A stretch of DNA of 64,000 nucleotides from Pyrinomonadaceae bacterium (GCA_040080065.1 JBEBJB010000028.1:1495-65494); one strand, 5' to 3'; positions 10,105 to 20,286 are shown, numbered from the stretch's first letter. Notes: a model not told the origin generated them from the sequence alone. Numbers and translations are program-made.

Positions 10105-10137
10105 GGTTCGATATTCTAACAGTCGGCGGCGATAACC

Positions 10138-10217
10138 GACTGGAGGGGCGAGCATCTTGCTCGCCTGTGGTGGCTTTTCCAGACGAAACGGGCGAGCAGG
10201 ATGCTCACCCTCCAGTC
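10138..10217. repeat. palindromic element, family 2 (CTGGAGGGGCGAGCA...)
   Basis: gactggaggggcgagcatcttgctcgcc ... ggcgagcaggatgctcaccctccagtc. Related copies at 18700-18793 and a half copy at 42254-42280. Confidence 0.8.
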
Positions 10218-10218
10218 G

Positions 10219-10707
10219 TTATTTCTTTGCCATTGGGGCCGAGACCTTTCCGATTGCATTTCCGCCTGTTGGTTCCGTAACGGTCGGACGCCGGCCATTT
10301 ACGTATTTTGAGTATTTTACCGTATTCTCGCTGCCGTTCAGGACGAACTCCAAAGCCGCCTCGGCCGTTACTTGGTTGCGATCGCCATTTACCATAATCT
10401 GTTGGCAGCCGCCTTTGATCGTGACGGTGTTATCGTCGCCATTTACCATCACGCGATCGAATTTTTTGCAGGCGGCGGTTTGGGTTTCTTTGTAGCCGTT
10501 GACCGCAATCGTTCCGCCCTCCAGAGACGTATCAACCGTCACAACATCCGCCGGATCGATGGGCGACGGTGTGGGGACCGGCGAGAATTCCGGAGTCGGT
10601 TTGGTCTCGAACTTCTCCATTTCCTTTTTCGCCGTCTCGCTCCGAACGTCGCACGAAACGAGCGTCAACAGCAATGTAAATATTAGGATTACAGGGAGTT
10701 TTATCAT
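10219..10707 (-). CDS. DUF3060-like lipoprotein
   Basis: 162 aa. Lipobox LLTLVSC. Repeated VNGDDNTVTIKGGC / VNGDRNQVT / LNGSENTVKY units typical of DUF3060. Confidence 0.65.
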   Translation of the reverse strand: MIKLPVILIFTLLLTLVSCDVRSETAKKEMEKFETKPTPEFSPVPTPSPIDPADVVTVDTSLEGGTIAVNGYKETQTAACKKFDRVMVNGDDNTVTIKGGCQQIMVNGDRNQVTAEAALEFVLNGSENTVKYSKYVNGRRPTVTEPTGGNAIGKVSAPMAKK

Positions 10708-10711
10708 GATC

Positions 10712-11062
10712 TTATGCTCCGATCAGTTCCAAAGCCTTCTCGATCGGCCTCGCTAAAACTGCCTTATCGCCAACCTCAACGATCGGCCGCTGGATGATCG
10801 AAGGATATTTCACCATCGCCGCGATGACTTCGGCGTCGCGAGAATCTTTATCGATCCCAGCGAGCTTGTAGTCTGGCTCAGCACGACGAAGAACGTCAAA
10901 CGGTTTCATCCCCGTCTTTTTAAGCAGGGAAGTGAGCTTTTTTTCGTCGAAAGGCTCGATGAAATAGTTGACCTTCGTCCAGTCAACCCCGTTCTCGATG
11001 AAAAGCTTATTCAGCTTGCGGCATGTCGTGCAGGTTGGTTTTTCGTAGACGGTAATGTTCAT
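10712..11062 (-). CDS. ArsC/Spx-family reductase-like protein
   Basis: Start at MNITVYEKPTCTTCRK (ATG at 11062). Shows the thioredoxin-like ArsC family pattern. Confidence 0.8.
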   Translation of the reverse strand: MNITVYEKPTCTTCRKLNKLFIENGVDWTKVNYFIEPFDEKKLTSLLKKTGMKPFDVLRRAEPDYKLAGIDKDSRDAEVIAAMVKYPSIIQRPIVEVGDKAVLARPIEKALELIGA

Positions 11063-11074
11063 AAGGTTCCTGAT

Positions 11075-11150
11075 GCGAAAGCCCGCGCGTGAGCAAGGGC
11101 GAATCATCCAACTTGAGTGAATCGCCCTTACTTACGCGCGGGCTTTTGCA
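11075..11150. repeat. REP/MITE-like palindromic element, family 1
   Basis: gaaagcccgcgcgtgagcaagggcgaatc ... atcgcccttacttacgcgcgggctttt. Its right arm contains the last 6 codons and the stop of the DUF779 gene. Confidence 0.85.
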
Positions 11151-11539
11151 CCGATGCTTTCCTCGTAATCTCCGTAGTGAACGTCGGTCAGGTTCTGATA
11201 TTCGTCATCCGAGAATAACCTCGATTTGGTGACAAACCTAAGCCCAAGCGGTATCTCCAGCGAAAAACTTGCACCGCGACCCGGAACGACATCGATCGTC
11301 AGTTCGGTGTGTTTCCAGTACTCGAACTGATCTTTCGCCATGTAAAAATCGCAGCCCGCAATCTCGCCCAGCCAAACGTCCGAGGAACCGACCATAAACT
11401 CGCCTTTCGGATAACACATCGGCGAAGACCCGTCGCAGCAACCGCCAGATTGATGGAACATGAGTTCGCCGTTTTTTTCGAGGAGTTGATTGACGACTGC
11501 GGCAGCCTCGGGCGTGATTTTAACTCTACGAATTCGCAT
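11132..11539 (-). CDS. DUF779 family protein
   Basis: 135 aa. FHQSGGCCDGSSPMCYPKGEF...IDVVPGRGASFSLE is typical DUF779. Sits directly downstream of an aldehyde dehydrogenase, as is usual for this family. Confidence 0.8.
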   Translation of the reverse strand: MRIRRVKITPEAAAVVNQLLEKNGELMFHQSGGCCDGSSPMCYPKGEFMVGSSDVWLGEIAGCDFYMAKDQFEYWKHTELTIDVVPGRGASFSLEIPLGLRFVTKSRLFSDDEYQNLTDVHYGDYEESIGAKARA

Positions 11540-11565
11540 ATGCCTTCCAATGAGGGCGAGTGTCT

Positions 11566-11662
11566 ATCGCCCCTACGGGGCTTAGGACTTTATTGTGAGC
11601 TAACCCCGGGTTCCGCTTTGCTTCACCCGGGGCTACATTCTGTCGCTGCTCCGCAGCTAAGA
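11566..11662. repeat. palindromic repeat (CCCCGGG...CCCGGGG type) in the ALDH-DUF779 spacer
   Basis: taaccccgggttccgctttgcttcacccggggcta followed by tgtcgctgctccgcagc. Resembles the short dispersed repeats at 42320-42562. Confidence 0.55.
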
Positions 11663-11666
11663 CCGA

Positions 11667-13178
11667 TTAGAAAAATCCCATCGCCTTCTTGTCGTATGAG
11701 ATAAGCATATTCTTCGTCTGGCGGTAATGGTCGAGCATCATTAAATGATTTTCGCGGCCAAATCCTGACTTTTTGTATCCGCCGAACGGGGCGTGTGCCG
11801 GGTAGTTGTGATAATTGTTTACCCAAACGCGGCCCGCCTGGATGGCACGCGGGACACGATAAAGCTCGTGAGCGTCGCGTGTCCAGACACCGGCTCCGAG
11901 GCCGTAGAGCGTATCGTTGGCGATGGCTATGGCTTCGTCGACATCCTTAAAGGTCGTGATGCATGTGACCGGGCCGAAAATCTCTTCCTGAAAGACACGC
12001 ATCTTATTGTGGCCTTTCAGCACGGTTGGTTCGATATAGTAGCCGTTTTCGAGGTCGGCATTTTTGTAGGCGTTGCCGCCGACTAGGACCTCGGCACCTT
12101 CGTCTTTGCCGATCTGGAGGTAATTGAGAATTTTCTCGTACTGATCCTGGCTCGCCTGTGCTCCCATCATCGTCGAAGGATCGAGCGGATGGCCCATTTT
12201 AATCTGTTTGACGCGTTCGATGAATCGTGGGATGAATTTGTCAGCGATCGATTCCTGCACCAGCACTCGCGAAGGGCACGTGCAGACCTCGCCCTGATTT
12301 AAAGCAAAAAGCGTCGCACCTTCCAGACACTTGTCGAAAAATTCATCGTCCGCATCCATCACGCTTTCGAAGAATATATTGGGCGATTTGCCGCCGAGTT
12401 CGAGCGTGACGGGAATGAGATTTTGCGAAGCGTACTGCATGATCAGGCGGCCGGTCGTGGTTTCGCCGGTGAAGGCGACCTTCGCGATGCGGTCGGATGT
12501 CGCAAGCGGTTTTCCGGCCTCGACGCCGAAGCCGTTGACGATATTTACCACGCCTTTTGGCAGCAGGTCACCGATCAGTTCGAAAAGCACCATGATCGAC
12601 GCCGGAGTTTGCTCGGCGGGTTTGATCACGACGCAGTTTCCGGCTGCGAGTGCCGGAGCGAGTTTCCAGGTAGCCATCAGGATCGGGAAATTCCACGGAA
12701 TGATCTGCCCTACGACGCCGAGCGGTTCTTTGATAATAACGGACAGCGTGTTCTGATCGAGTTCACTCGCCGAGCCTTCTTCAGCTCGAATGACGCTTGC
12801 GAAATAGCGAAAATGATCGATCGCCAGCGGAATATCCGCGGCCATCGTTTCGCGGATTGGCTTGCCGTTGTCCCACGTTTCTGCCCTGGCGAGCATCTCG
12901 AGATTCTGCTCCATCCGGTCCGCGATCTTGAGCAGGATATTGCTGCGTTCGGTCACGGAAGTCTTGCCCCACGTCGTAAACGCCCTATGGGCTGCGTCAA
13001 GAGCCGCATTTACGTCAGCTTCGTTGGAACGTGCAACCTTGGTGAACGACTTGCCGTCCACCGGCGAAATGCACTCAAAATACTCGCCGCTATTCGGAGC
13101 GGCCCACTCGCCGCCGATGTAGTTTTCGTACTGCTCTTTGAATTTTGGGATGTCGAAAGATTGTTTTGTCGATTCCAT
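11667..13178 (-). CDS. NAD(P)-dependent aldehyde dehydrogenase
   Basis: 503 aa. [12 protein letters not shown] and GEVCTCPSR (catalytic Cys) motifs, with ALDH-family pattern along the full length. Confidence 0.9.
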   Translation of the reverse strand: MESTKQSFDIPKFKEQYENYIGGEWAAPNSGEYFECISPVDGKSFTKVARSNEADVNAALDAAHRAFTTWGKTSVTERSNILLKIADRMEQNLEMLARAETWDNGKPIRETMAADIPLAIDHFRYFASVIRAEEGSASELDQNTLSVIIKEPLGVVGQIIPWNFPILMATWKLAPALAAGNCVVIKPAEQTPASIMVLFELIGDLLPKGVVNIVNGFGVEAGKPLATSDRIAKVAFTGETTTGRLIMQYASQNLIPVTLELGGKSPNIFFESVMDADDEFFDKCLEGATLFALNQGEVCTCPSRVLVQESIADKFIPRFIERVKQIKMGHPLDPSTMMGAQASQDQYEKILNYLQIGKDEGAEVLVGGNAYKNADLENGYYIEPTVLKGHNKMRVFQEEIFGPVTCITTFKDVDEAIAIANDTLYGLGAGVWTRDAHELYRVPRAIQAGRVWVNNYHNYPAHAPFGGYKKSGFGRENHLMMLDHYRQTKNMLISYDKKAMGFF

Positions 13179-13315
13179 GATGAACTCCTTATGAAAATGT
13201 AAATCTAACCGCCTGCATTGACAGGCAAAAAGGTACCGAAGGTATGAGGAAATTATATCACCGCCGGTGCGAGAATCGACAGAAAATTAACAGAACCTTG
13301 GCGTGCTTTTGCTTC

Positions 13316-13364
13316 CTTCGCGACTTTGCGGGAAACCGGATGAGTTTCCCGCAAAGTCGCGAAG
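13316..13364. repeat. 21-bp-stem perfect hairpin between the DPP-IV and ALDH genes
   Basis: cttcgcgactttgcgggaaac cggatga gtttcccgcaaagtcgcgaag. No flanking T-run on either strand, so it is called a palindromic repeat rather than a canonical terminator. Confidence 0.6.
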
Positions 13365-13395
13365 TTAGGCAAAGATCGCAAAGATATGGGAACAG

Positions 13396-15669
13396 CTATC
13401 TGTTAATCGGCAAATGCTGATTCAGATATCGTGTCAGCAGTCCGTAAAGGTGCAGAGTTGTCCCTTGGCCCTCGGAGATCCCATGTGTTCGGTTTGGGTA
13501 CGCCATGATGGTGAAATCTTTGTTGGCGGCAATGAGTGCATCGACGAGGCGTTCGGTGGCCTGATAATGCACATTGTCGTCGCCGGTGCCGTGTACGATG
13601 AGCAGATCGCCTTTGAGATTGCCCGCGAAGGTGGTCGGGGCGGCTCGTTTGAACACATCGGGGTCGTCTTTTGGCAGGCCGAGATAGCGTTCGGTGTAGA
13701 TGGTGTCGTAGTAGAGATTGTCGGCTGGCGGGGCGACGGACATTCCCATTTTGTAGACGTCGGGATAGCGGAACATCGCGTTCAGCGTTGCCGCTCCGCC
13801 GCCACTCCAGCCCCAGATGCCGACGCGTGACGCGTCGAGGTATGGCATTTTTGCGACCAGAGCCTTTGCCGCATTTGCCTGGTCCTGTGAATTCAACACG
13901 CCGATCTTCTTGTAGATGCTTTTGCGAAACGCACGTCCGCGAGGGCTCGGTGTGCCGCGATTATCGACGCTCGCGACGATGTATCCCTGCTGCGTGAGCA
14001 TAGTAAACCAAAGGTAATTTGCACCCGACCAACTATCCATCACGGTCTGCGAGGCCGGTTCGCTGTAGGCGTAAAACAGGACGGGATATTTTTTCGCAGG
14101 GTCAAAACCGGGCGGTTTCATCATCCAGCCGTCGAGCGTGACGCCGTCGCCGATATCAATTTTGAAAAACTCCTGCGGGCCTTTTTGGATCTTATCCACC
14201 TTTGCCTGTAGCTCGGCGTTGTCAACAATATTTCTCGCGACCGACATTTTGCTCAGATCGAGCAGATCGATCTTCGACGCTTTCCCAAACGACGAACTCG
14301 TCTGGATCGCCCAGCGGCCGTTCGGCGAGGTGTTGTAGCTGTTCACGCCTGAAAAATTAGCTGGTGTGACGCGTTCCGGTTTCGAGCTGCTGCCGTCGAG
14401 CTTTGATCGATAGAGATAACGCTGCGTCGGGTTGTCGGGCGAGGCGATGTAATAGAGCCAGCCGTTTGCCTGGTCGATCGCCTGGATCGAAATGACATCG
14501 AATGCACCGATCGTTATCGGCTTGCTGTCTTTGCCGTCCTGCGAAACCGAATACGCCCGACTCCAACCGTCCCGGTCACTTATCCATAAAAAACGCTTGC
14601 CGCCATCGAGCCAGCGCATGCTCGGCAGTTCGAGATCGATCCACGCGTCGTCTTTGTCGGTGAGGATCGAGTTTGTTTTGCCGCTCGTCGGGTCGGCGAC
14701 GAGCACTTGAAGCGTATTTTGCAGGCGGTTGAAGTGCTGCATGTAGATCTGCCGCGAATCACCGGTCCAATCGACCGACACGATGTAACTGTTTCGCAGA
14801 TCGCCCGGCGTCTGCATCCAGCGGATCTCGCCGCCGGCGGAGCTGATCACGCCGACGCGAACGGCGGCGTTCGTCGTTCCGGTTTTCGGATACGGAATGT
14901 GCGTTAGCGTAGGGTAAAGCGATCCTGTGTTGTTAAGCAGCACAAAATCTTCGATGCCCGAAGCGTCGAACTGCCAGAAGGCGATAGACTTGCTGTCCGG
15001 GCTCCAACGCCAGCAGTCGCGGAGATTGAATTCCTCTTCGTTGACCCAATCGGACGTGCCGTTGATCATCGTCGGCGATCCGTCTTTGGTGAGGCGGGTG
15101 ATCTTGTTGGTTGCGACGTCTTCGACATAGAGGTCGTTCTCGCGGACGTATCCGACCTTTGTACCGTCGGGCGAGAATTTGGCGAACATGAGCGTCGAAG
15201 GTTTCGCATCGCCGCCGAGTTTGGTCAATCGCCCACCCGGCCCTTCGTAGACCCAATAGTCACCGCGTGTGTTCTGCCGCCAAACCTTTTTTGAATTCGT
15301 GTAGATCAACATCCGCTGATCTTGTGCTGTCCAATCGTAGCCCTGAACCGAAAGCGGCTTTGTCTCGCCCTTTGGGATCAGCTTTTCAGCGGCGAGGAGC
15401 ACGTCGCGTTTGTTTGTGTCGATTTGATAGCTAACCAGGTCAAACGCTCCATTCCGCGTCGGCGATGGGTTGAATTTCGCGTAGGAGTTGCCGTCCTTCA
15501 ACCAACGAAACCCGCCAAATCGGGCGGGCTGAAATTCACCGCTCGCGTAGATCCTTTCAAGCGTCAGCTTTGCCGGATCGGGCGTTTGCCCGATCGAAAA
15601 CTGCGTGGCGACAGCAACGATTACGGCGAGAATGCTGAACGACAGTTTGCGAGCGATGGATATTTTCAT
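13396..15669 (-). CDS. S9B dipeptidyl-peptidase IV family serine peptidase
   Basis: 757 aa. Signal peptide, DPP-IV N-terminal beta-propeller region, and a C-terminal alpha/beta hydrolase with GIWGWSGGG nucleophile elbow and DDNVH. Confidence 0.85.
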   Translation of the reverse strand: MKISIARKLSFSILAVIVAVATQFSIGQTPDPAKLTLERIYASGEFQPARFGGFRWLKDGNSYAKFNPSPTRNGAFDLVSYQIDTNKRDVLLAAEKLIPKGETKPLSVQGYDWTAQDQRMLIYTNSKKVWRQNTRGDYWVYEGPGGRLTKLGGDAKPSTLMFAKFSPDGTKVGYVRENDLYVEDVATNKITRLTKDGSPTMINGTSDWVNEEEFNLRDCWRWSPDSKSIAFWQFDASGIEDFVLLNNTGSLYPTLTHIPYPKTGTTNAAVRVGVISSAGGEIRWMQTPGDLRNSYIVSVDWTGDSRQIYMQHFNRLQNTLQVLVADPTSGKTNSILTDKDDAWIDLELPSMRWLDGGKRFLWISDRDGWSRAYSVSQDGKDSKPITIGAFDVISIQAIDQANGWLYYIASPDNPTQRYLYRSKLDGSSSKPERVTPANFSGVNSYNTSPNGRWAIQTSSSFGKASKIDLLDLSKMSVARNIVDNAELQAKVDKIQKGPQEFFKIDIGDGVTLDGWMMKPPGFDPAKKYPVLFYAYSEPASQTVMDSWSGANYLWFTMLTQQGYIVASVDNRGTPSPRGRAFRKSIYKKIGVLNSQDQANAAKALVAKMPYLDASRVGIWGWSGGGAATLNAMFRYPDVYKMGMSVAPPADNLYYDTIYTERYLGLPKDDPDVFKRAAPTTFAGNLKGDLLIVHGTGDDNVHYQATERLVDALIAANKDFTIMAYPNRTHGISEGQGTTLHLYGLLTRYLNQHLPINR

Positions 15670-16643
15670 TATGCGATTCCCATTTTTTGATAGACGTTCT
15701 GAAGCGTTTCTGCTGCGATACCGCGAGCTTTCTCGGCTCCGGTCTTTAGAATCTTGTCGAGCGCTTCATCATCGAACTGCTTGATCCGCTCTTGGAATGG
15801 CCGGAGGAATTCGATCGTGACCTCGGCGAGTTCGCCTTTGAACTGGCCATAGCCTTTGCCTTCGAAATGAGAAACGCTTTCATCTACAGTTTTGCCGGTC
15901 AGAAGATGGTAGATCGTGAGCAAATTCGTGATCGCCGGGCGTGTCGGGTCGAAATTGATCTCGGTTCCGGAATCGGTCACTGCTTTTTTGAATTTTTTCG
16001 TGATCGTATCCGCATCGTCGAGCAAAAAGATCGAACCATTCGGATTTTCATCCGACTTCGACATCTTCTTCGACGGATCTTGAAGCGACTGTATCTTCGC
16101 TCCGACAGGCGGGATGAAGGGCTCAGGAACTACGAATGTTTCACCGAAATCGCGGTTGAAACGTTCGGCGAGATCGCGAGAAAGCTCAAGATGCTGCTTC
16201 TGATCCTGCCCGATGGGAACGAGGTCGGTTTGATAGAGCAGAATATCCGCCGCCATCAGAACCGGATAGGTGAAAAGGCCAACTCCCGCACTCGAATTTC
16301 CTTTACCTTTATCCTTAAACTGCGTCATCCGCTCAAGCTCGCCCATTCGGGATTGAGTTGAGAGGATCCACGTCAATTCTGCGTGTGCGGCAACGTCGGA
16401 CTGAATGAACACCGTTGCTTTTTCCGGATCGACGCCGGCGGCGAGATAGATCCTCGCGAGGTCACGCGTTTTTTGACGCAGCGTGTTTGGGTCTTGCGGC
16501 AGAGTGATCGCGTGGAGATTTACAATGCAGTAAAAGCTTTCGTACTCGTCCTGCAAAGCGACCCAGTTCTTGAGTGCCCCGAGATAGTTGCCAATATGAA
16601 GCTCGCCGGTCGGCTGGGCTCCGCTGAAGATGCGTTTTTTCAT
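15669..16643 (-). CDS. trpS: tryptophan--tRNA ligase
   Basis: 324 aa. HIGN (HIGH) and KMSKS motifs. The stop overlaps the DPP-IV start by 1 nt (TAATG). Confidence 0.95.
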   Translation of the reverse strand: MKKRIFSGAQPTGELHIGNYLGALKNWVALQDEYESFYCIVNLHAITLPQDPNTLRQKTRDLARIYLAAGVDPEKATVFIQSDVAAHAELTWILSTQSRMGELERMTQFKDKGKGNSSAGVGLFTYPVLMAADILLYQTDLVPIGQDQKQHLELSRDLAERFNRDFGETFVVPEPFIPPVGAKIQSLQDPSKKMSKSDENPNGSIFLLDDADTITKKFKKAVTDSGTEINFDPTRPAITNLLTIYHLLTGKTVDESVSHFEGKGYGQFKGELAEVTIEFLRPFQERIKQFDDEALDKILKTGAEKARGIAAETLQNVYQKMGIA

Positions 16644-16648
16644 AAGAA

Positions 16649-17335
16649 CTAGAGCCTTAACAGGAAAATTAAGCCATAAAAGAACGGTGTGATAATTATC
16701 CTGAGAACTCCTATATAGATGAGGGCCATCAAGATCAGAAATCCGTATTGCTCAAAAAGGTTGAAAATAGGAGCAGCACTCGCGGGCAAAAATGTCTGCA
16801 GGATCTTGCTGCCGTCGAGCGGCGGAAAAGGGAGCAGGTTAAATACGAACAGCGACAGGTTTAGCGTCATCAGATAGCCGACGAAGATCGCGAGAGGATT
16901 ATTGCTCTGGCCAAAGAAATCGGCGACGCCGAAGCCCTGCGACATCATTATCCTCGCCGCGACAAATCCAACAATCAAGAGGATAAAATTAGCGACGACA
17001 CCGGCAACTGAAACAGTGACATTTCCTAATTTGTAGTTTCGCCAGTTACGCGGATTTACGGGCGTTGGTTTGCCCCAACCGATCAATGGTATCGACGCCA
17101 TTGCTCCGCCCATCGCGCCAAAGAGGAACGAGATCATCGGGATTAGCAGCGTTCCGATCGGGTCGGTATGCGCAACCGGATTGATCGTAACGCGACCCAA
17201 CATATAAGCCGTGTCGTCACCGTTTTTATAAGAAACCCATGCGTGGCCTGCCTCGTGCAGCGAGATCGCGAGAACGAGTACGACCATGTAGATCAAAAGG
17301 TGGCTGACCAGATCCAAAATATCGATGTTTCCCAT
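16649..17335 (-). CDS. site-2 protease family (M50) membrane metalloprotease
   Basis: 228 aa, multi-pass. HEAGHAW zinc motif in TM1 and LLPFPPLDG near the C-terminal half. Confidence 0.8.
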   Translation of the reverse strand: MGNIDILDLVSHLLIYMVVLVLAISLHEAGHAWVSYKNGDDTAYMLGRVTINPVAHTDPIGTLLIPMISFLFGAMGGAMASIPLIGWGKPTPVNPRNWRNYKLGNVTVSVAGVVANFILLIVGFVAARIMMSQGFGVADFFGQSNNPLAIFVGYLMTLNLSLFVFNLLPFPPLDGSKILQTFLPASAAPIFNLFEQYGFLILMALIYIGVLRIIITPFFYGLIFLLRL

Positions 17336-17489
17336 ATAGATCGCGTACCGGCTTTAGCGATGTCGCTTCCAACCGCAATTCTAAATATTCGTTGTCTTTA
17401 CTGCTAAATTGTGCCATTCTTTTATGTCAAAATAAAATCTGCATCCAGGAAACAGACTGGCCGTTATTCGTCTTTAAGAGTATCAGTTT

Positions 17490-18701
17490 ATGCAAAAACA
17501 CATCGCGATCATTGCGAGCGATTTCAAGGGGTCGGAATTTGTTGAGGAATGTCATAATGCCGGCTGGCATGTGACGCTCGTTACACGAAAAAAGATGCTG
17601 GACAGCGCGTGGCCTTGGACGGCGATCAATGATGCGAGAACGGTTGAGGACGATGCGGGTGTATTGGATTATGTCAGGGCCGTGACAAATCTCGCTGGTT
17701 CCAGGCCGATTGATAAGGTTGTCGGTCTCGACGAATTTGACGTATTGACCGCAGCAATGGCGCGTGAGCATCTGAGTCTGCCGGGCATGAGCCGTTCGTT
17801 CGCACTGCGGTTTCGCGACAAACTCACCATGCGTGAGATCGCCCAAAGGGCGGGAATTCCGTGCCCGGAGTTTGTCGGAGCATTTAACGCTGAACAGTTA
17901 AATCATTTTCTGGCCACGGTTCCCGCACCGTGGGTCATCAAGCCCAGGCACGAGGTTTCAGCATTCGGAATCAGAAAGTGCTACACCGCTGAAGACGCCT
18001 GGAGCGTCTTAACAGAGCTCGATAACCGTAACACCTGGCGCGACCATCCGTCGCAATTCTTGATCGAGCGGTTTATTGAGGGCAAGGTCTTTCACGTCGA
18101 TTCGGTCGTTGAGAACGGCAAAGTTGTTGCGTGCGGCGTTAGCCAATATGGCATCACGCCGTTCAATGTTTCGCACCACGGCGGTGTCTTTACGTCGTTC
18201 ATAACGCCGTATAAATCTACGGAACGTAAGCAGTTAGAGGTTATGAACCGGGCCCTTTTAATGGCTTTCGAATACGATCGCGGTGTTTCGCATGCGGAGT
18301 TTTTGCAGAGCGACGAGACTGGCGAGTTCTTTCTGCTCGAGGTTGCCTGCCGTGTCGGTGGTGCATATATCGCCAACGTTCTCGAATACGCCTGCAATTT
18401 CAACCTCTGGCGCGAATGGGCAAAACTCGAACTTCATACTGAAGAGCGACCGTACAAACTACCAAAACTCCGAAAGGAATTTGCCGGCATCACGCTCGCC
18501 CTTGCAAACTCCGAGGAGCCGGACATCTCCGCCTACGTTGACGACGAGATAGTCTATTCTGTCAAAAAGCCACGGCATGTTGGTTTTATCTTCCAATCGA
18601 AAAAGCAGGAACGTATCGACGAGCTTCTCAGCACATACACGGAGCGCATCACTAGTGATTTCCTGACGATTGCCCCGGTCAAGGAGCGACATGATGACTG
18701 A
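17490..18701 (+). CDS. ATP-grasp domain protein
   Basis: 403 aa. WVIKPRHEVSAFGIRK...FLIERFIEG...HAEFL...FFLLEVACRVGGAYI fits an ATP-grasp ligase fold. Substrate unknown. Confidence 0.7.
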   Translation: MQKHIAIIASDFKGSEFVEECHNAGWHVTLVTRKKMLDSAWPWTAINDARTVEDDAGVLDYVRAVTNLAGSRPIDKVVGLDEFDVLTAAMAREHLSLPGMSRSFALRFRDKLTMREIAQRAGIPCPEFVGAFNAEQLNHFLATVPAPWVIKPRHEVSAFGIRKCYTAEDAWSVLTELDNRNTWRDHPSQFLIERFIEGKVFHVDSVVENGKVVACGVSQYGITPFNVSHHGGVFTSFITPYKSTERKQLEVMNRALLMAFEYDRGVSHAEFLQSDETGEFFLLEVACRVGGAYIANVLEYACNFNLWREWAKLELHTEERPYKLPKLRKEFAGITLALANSEEPDISAYVDDEIVYSVKKPRHVGFIFQSKKQERIDELLSTYTERITSDFLTIAPVKERHDD

Positions 18702-18793
18702 CTGGAACGCAAGCGTCCCGCTTGCGTGCGCTAAGCCATGCTCGTAAGCTGTTAAGTGTTTTCACTCGCAAGCGAGACGCTTGCGGTCCAGTC
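18700..18793. repeat. palindromic element related to family 2
   Basis: gactggaacgcaagcgtcccgcttgcg ... cgcaagcgagacgcttgcggtccagtc. Confidence 0.75.
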
Positions 18794-18797
18794 CTAT

Positions 18798-20006
18798 ATG
18801 ACATCACCCGCCGATAGCATCATCGGACCGCCTACGGTTCTTGATCACGATCTTAATCAATATTTTCCCGACCTGTTGAAGTTCGAATCGAACGCCGAAA
18901 TGCAGGCGTCGGACCTTTATAAAAAGATCCGCCCCGATGTCGAGCGGATCATGAATGCGGTGGTTGTCGAGTCATTTGCTCGGCCGGTCGGGAACGATAG
19001 CGAAACGATCACGGCCCTCGCCTGGAACCTCGAACGCGGTATTCAGTTCGAAGGCATTCTCGACGCTCTCAAAAACCACGAACGGCTAAAAGACAAAGAC
19101 CTGCTGATCCTGACAGAACTCGATTACGGCATGGCACGCAGCGGGACCCGCTTTGTTGCACAGGAGATCGCGACCGAGCTTGGGCTGAATTACGCTTTTG
19201 CGCCAGTCTACATTCCACTCCAAAAGGGAAGCGGTGTCGAATCGGATATGGATGGCGAAAATACCGTTTCGATCCATGGCCTCGCAATGTTTTCGCGGTT
19301 TCCGATGAAAAACGTCCACGCGGTGCCGTTGCCGAACGGCAAGGACAAGATGTGGGGCAAGGAGAAACGCATCGGTTACCTGCGGGCGATCGTCGCCGAT
19401 GTTGGGCATCCGACGGGCGACTTTCGGGCTGTCACTATACATCTCGACGCACATTGCTCGCGGGCCCATCGCGTATTGCAAATAAAGATAATTCTCGATC
19501 ATCTCGACACGCTGCCGCCAATGCCGACGCTAATTGGCGGCGACTGGAACACCACGGGATTTAATTCGCAAAGCTCAACGCGGGCGATCATGGGTTATTG
19601 GCGGCGAGTTCTGATGGGGCCGAGGAATGTTGCTCTAAATCATTTGCCGCATCCGGAACGATACTTCGAAAAGCATCTGTTCACTGGCCTCGAAAAACGC
19701 GGCTATCATTTTCGCGACCTTAACAATATCGGCGTTGGAACGCTTCATTACGATATCGGGAGCATTGAAAAGAACACAAACCTCCGCGATTGGGTCCCTG
19801 AATGGTGTTTCCCATTTATATTCTGGGCCGCCGGACGTGTCGGAGGTCTGGTCTCAGCGCGGCTCGATTGGTTCGCGGCAAATGGCCTGAAACCCGCGCC
19901 GGGAACTATGCCCCAAACCGTCAGTAACCTTGTCTCCGCCGATAAGAAGCCGCTGTCGGATCACGACGCGATCACGGTCGACCTAGTGCGTTCGACTGAC
20001 ACCTAG
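18798..20006 (+). CDS. endonuclease/exonuclease/phosphatase (EEP) family protein
   Basis: Start moved to MTSPADS (ATG at 18798) because the longer ORF starts inside the repeat. LAWNLERG...LLILTELD...GGDWNT...SDHDAITVDL are EEP motifs. Confidence 0.6.
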   Translation: MTSPADSIIGPPTVLDHDLNQYFPDLLKFESNAEMQASDLYKKIRPDVERIMNAVVVESFARPVGNDSETITALAWNLERGIQFEGILDALKNHERLKDKDLLILTELDYGMARSGTRFVAQEIATELGLNYAFAPVYIPLQKGSGVESDMDGENTVSIHGLAMFSRFPMKNVHAVPLPNGKDKMWGKEKRIGYLRAIVADVGHPTGDFRAVTIHLDAHCSRAHRVLQIKIILDHLDTLPPMPTLIGGDWNTTGFNSQSSTRAIMGYWRRVLMGPRNVALNHLPHPERYFEKHLFTGLEKRGYHFRDLNNIGVGTLHYDIGSIEKNTNLRDWVPEWCFPFIFWAAGRVGGLVSARLDWFAANGLKPAPGTMPQTVSNLVSADKKPLSDHDAITVDLVRSTDT

Positions 20007-20031
20007 CGGCTTTTGTGCCATAATTCTTGCT

Positions 20032-20286
20032 ATGGAAGTAGCATTTTGCCAGACGCTCAGCTTTAACACTGACACTTTTGAATACGAAGCGGCCGCCTCG
20101 GAAAACGGGAACGCGACGGTTATTAAATTCGCGGTCGACGAAAAAACGGTTAGTCCCGGTGATGTCGTTGTCGTTGTTAACAGTGAAGGCGAAATCAGTT
20201 TTCACGGCCTAATCGGCAAAATCGAGGACGGGCACGCTTATGCCTCCGACCCAAAAGGCTCGCTGCTGCCGGCTGGCGTTCAATAG
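20032..20286 (+). CDS. hypothetical protein (84 aa)
   Basis: ORF only; no recognisable family. Plausible composition. Confidence 0.35.
   Translation: MEVAFCQTLSFNTDTFEYEAAASENGNATVIKFAVDEKTVSPGDVVVVVNSEGEISFHGLIGKIEDGHAYASDPKGSLLPAGVQ

Noticed and set aside
12423-13202. 259-aa plus-strand ORF
   Set aside because: Antisense to the aldehyde dehydrogenase gene; Arg-rich shadow ORF.
13316-13364. Rho-independent terminator of the DPP-IV gene
   Set aside because: It is a perfect 21-bp stem but has no T-run on either strand, so it is recorded as a palindromic repeat.
18756-18797. Longer N-terminal extensions of several ORFs (EEP 18756; tyrA-like 3114; DUF2237 10155; arsC-like 11107; purH 61922; comEA 49311; giant gene 24974)
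   Set aside because: The extensions read through palindromic repeats or lack an RBS. Internal ATG/GTG starts with signal peptides, RBS or family-typical N-termini were preferred.
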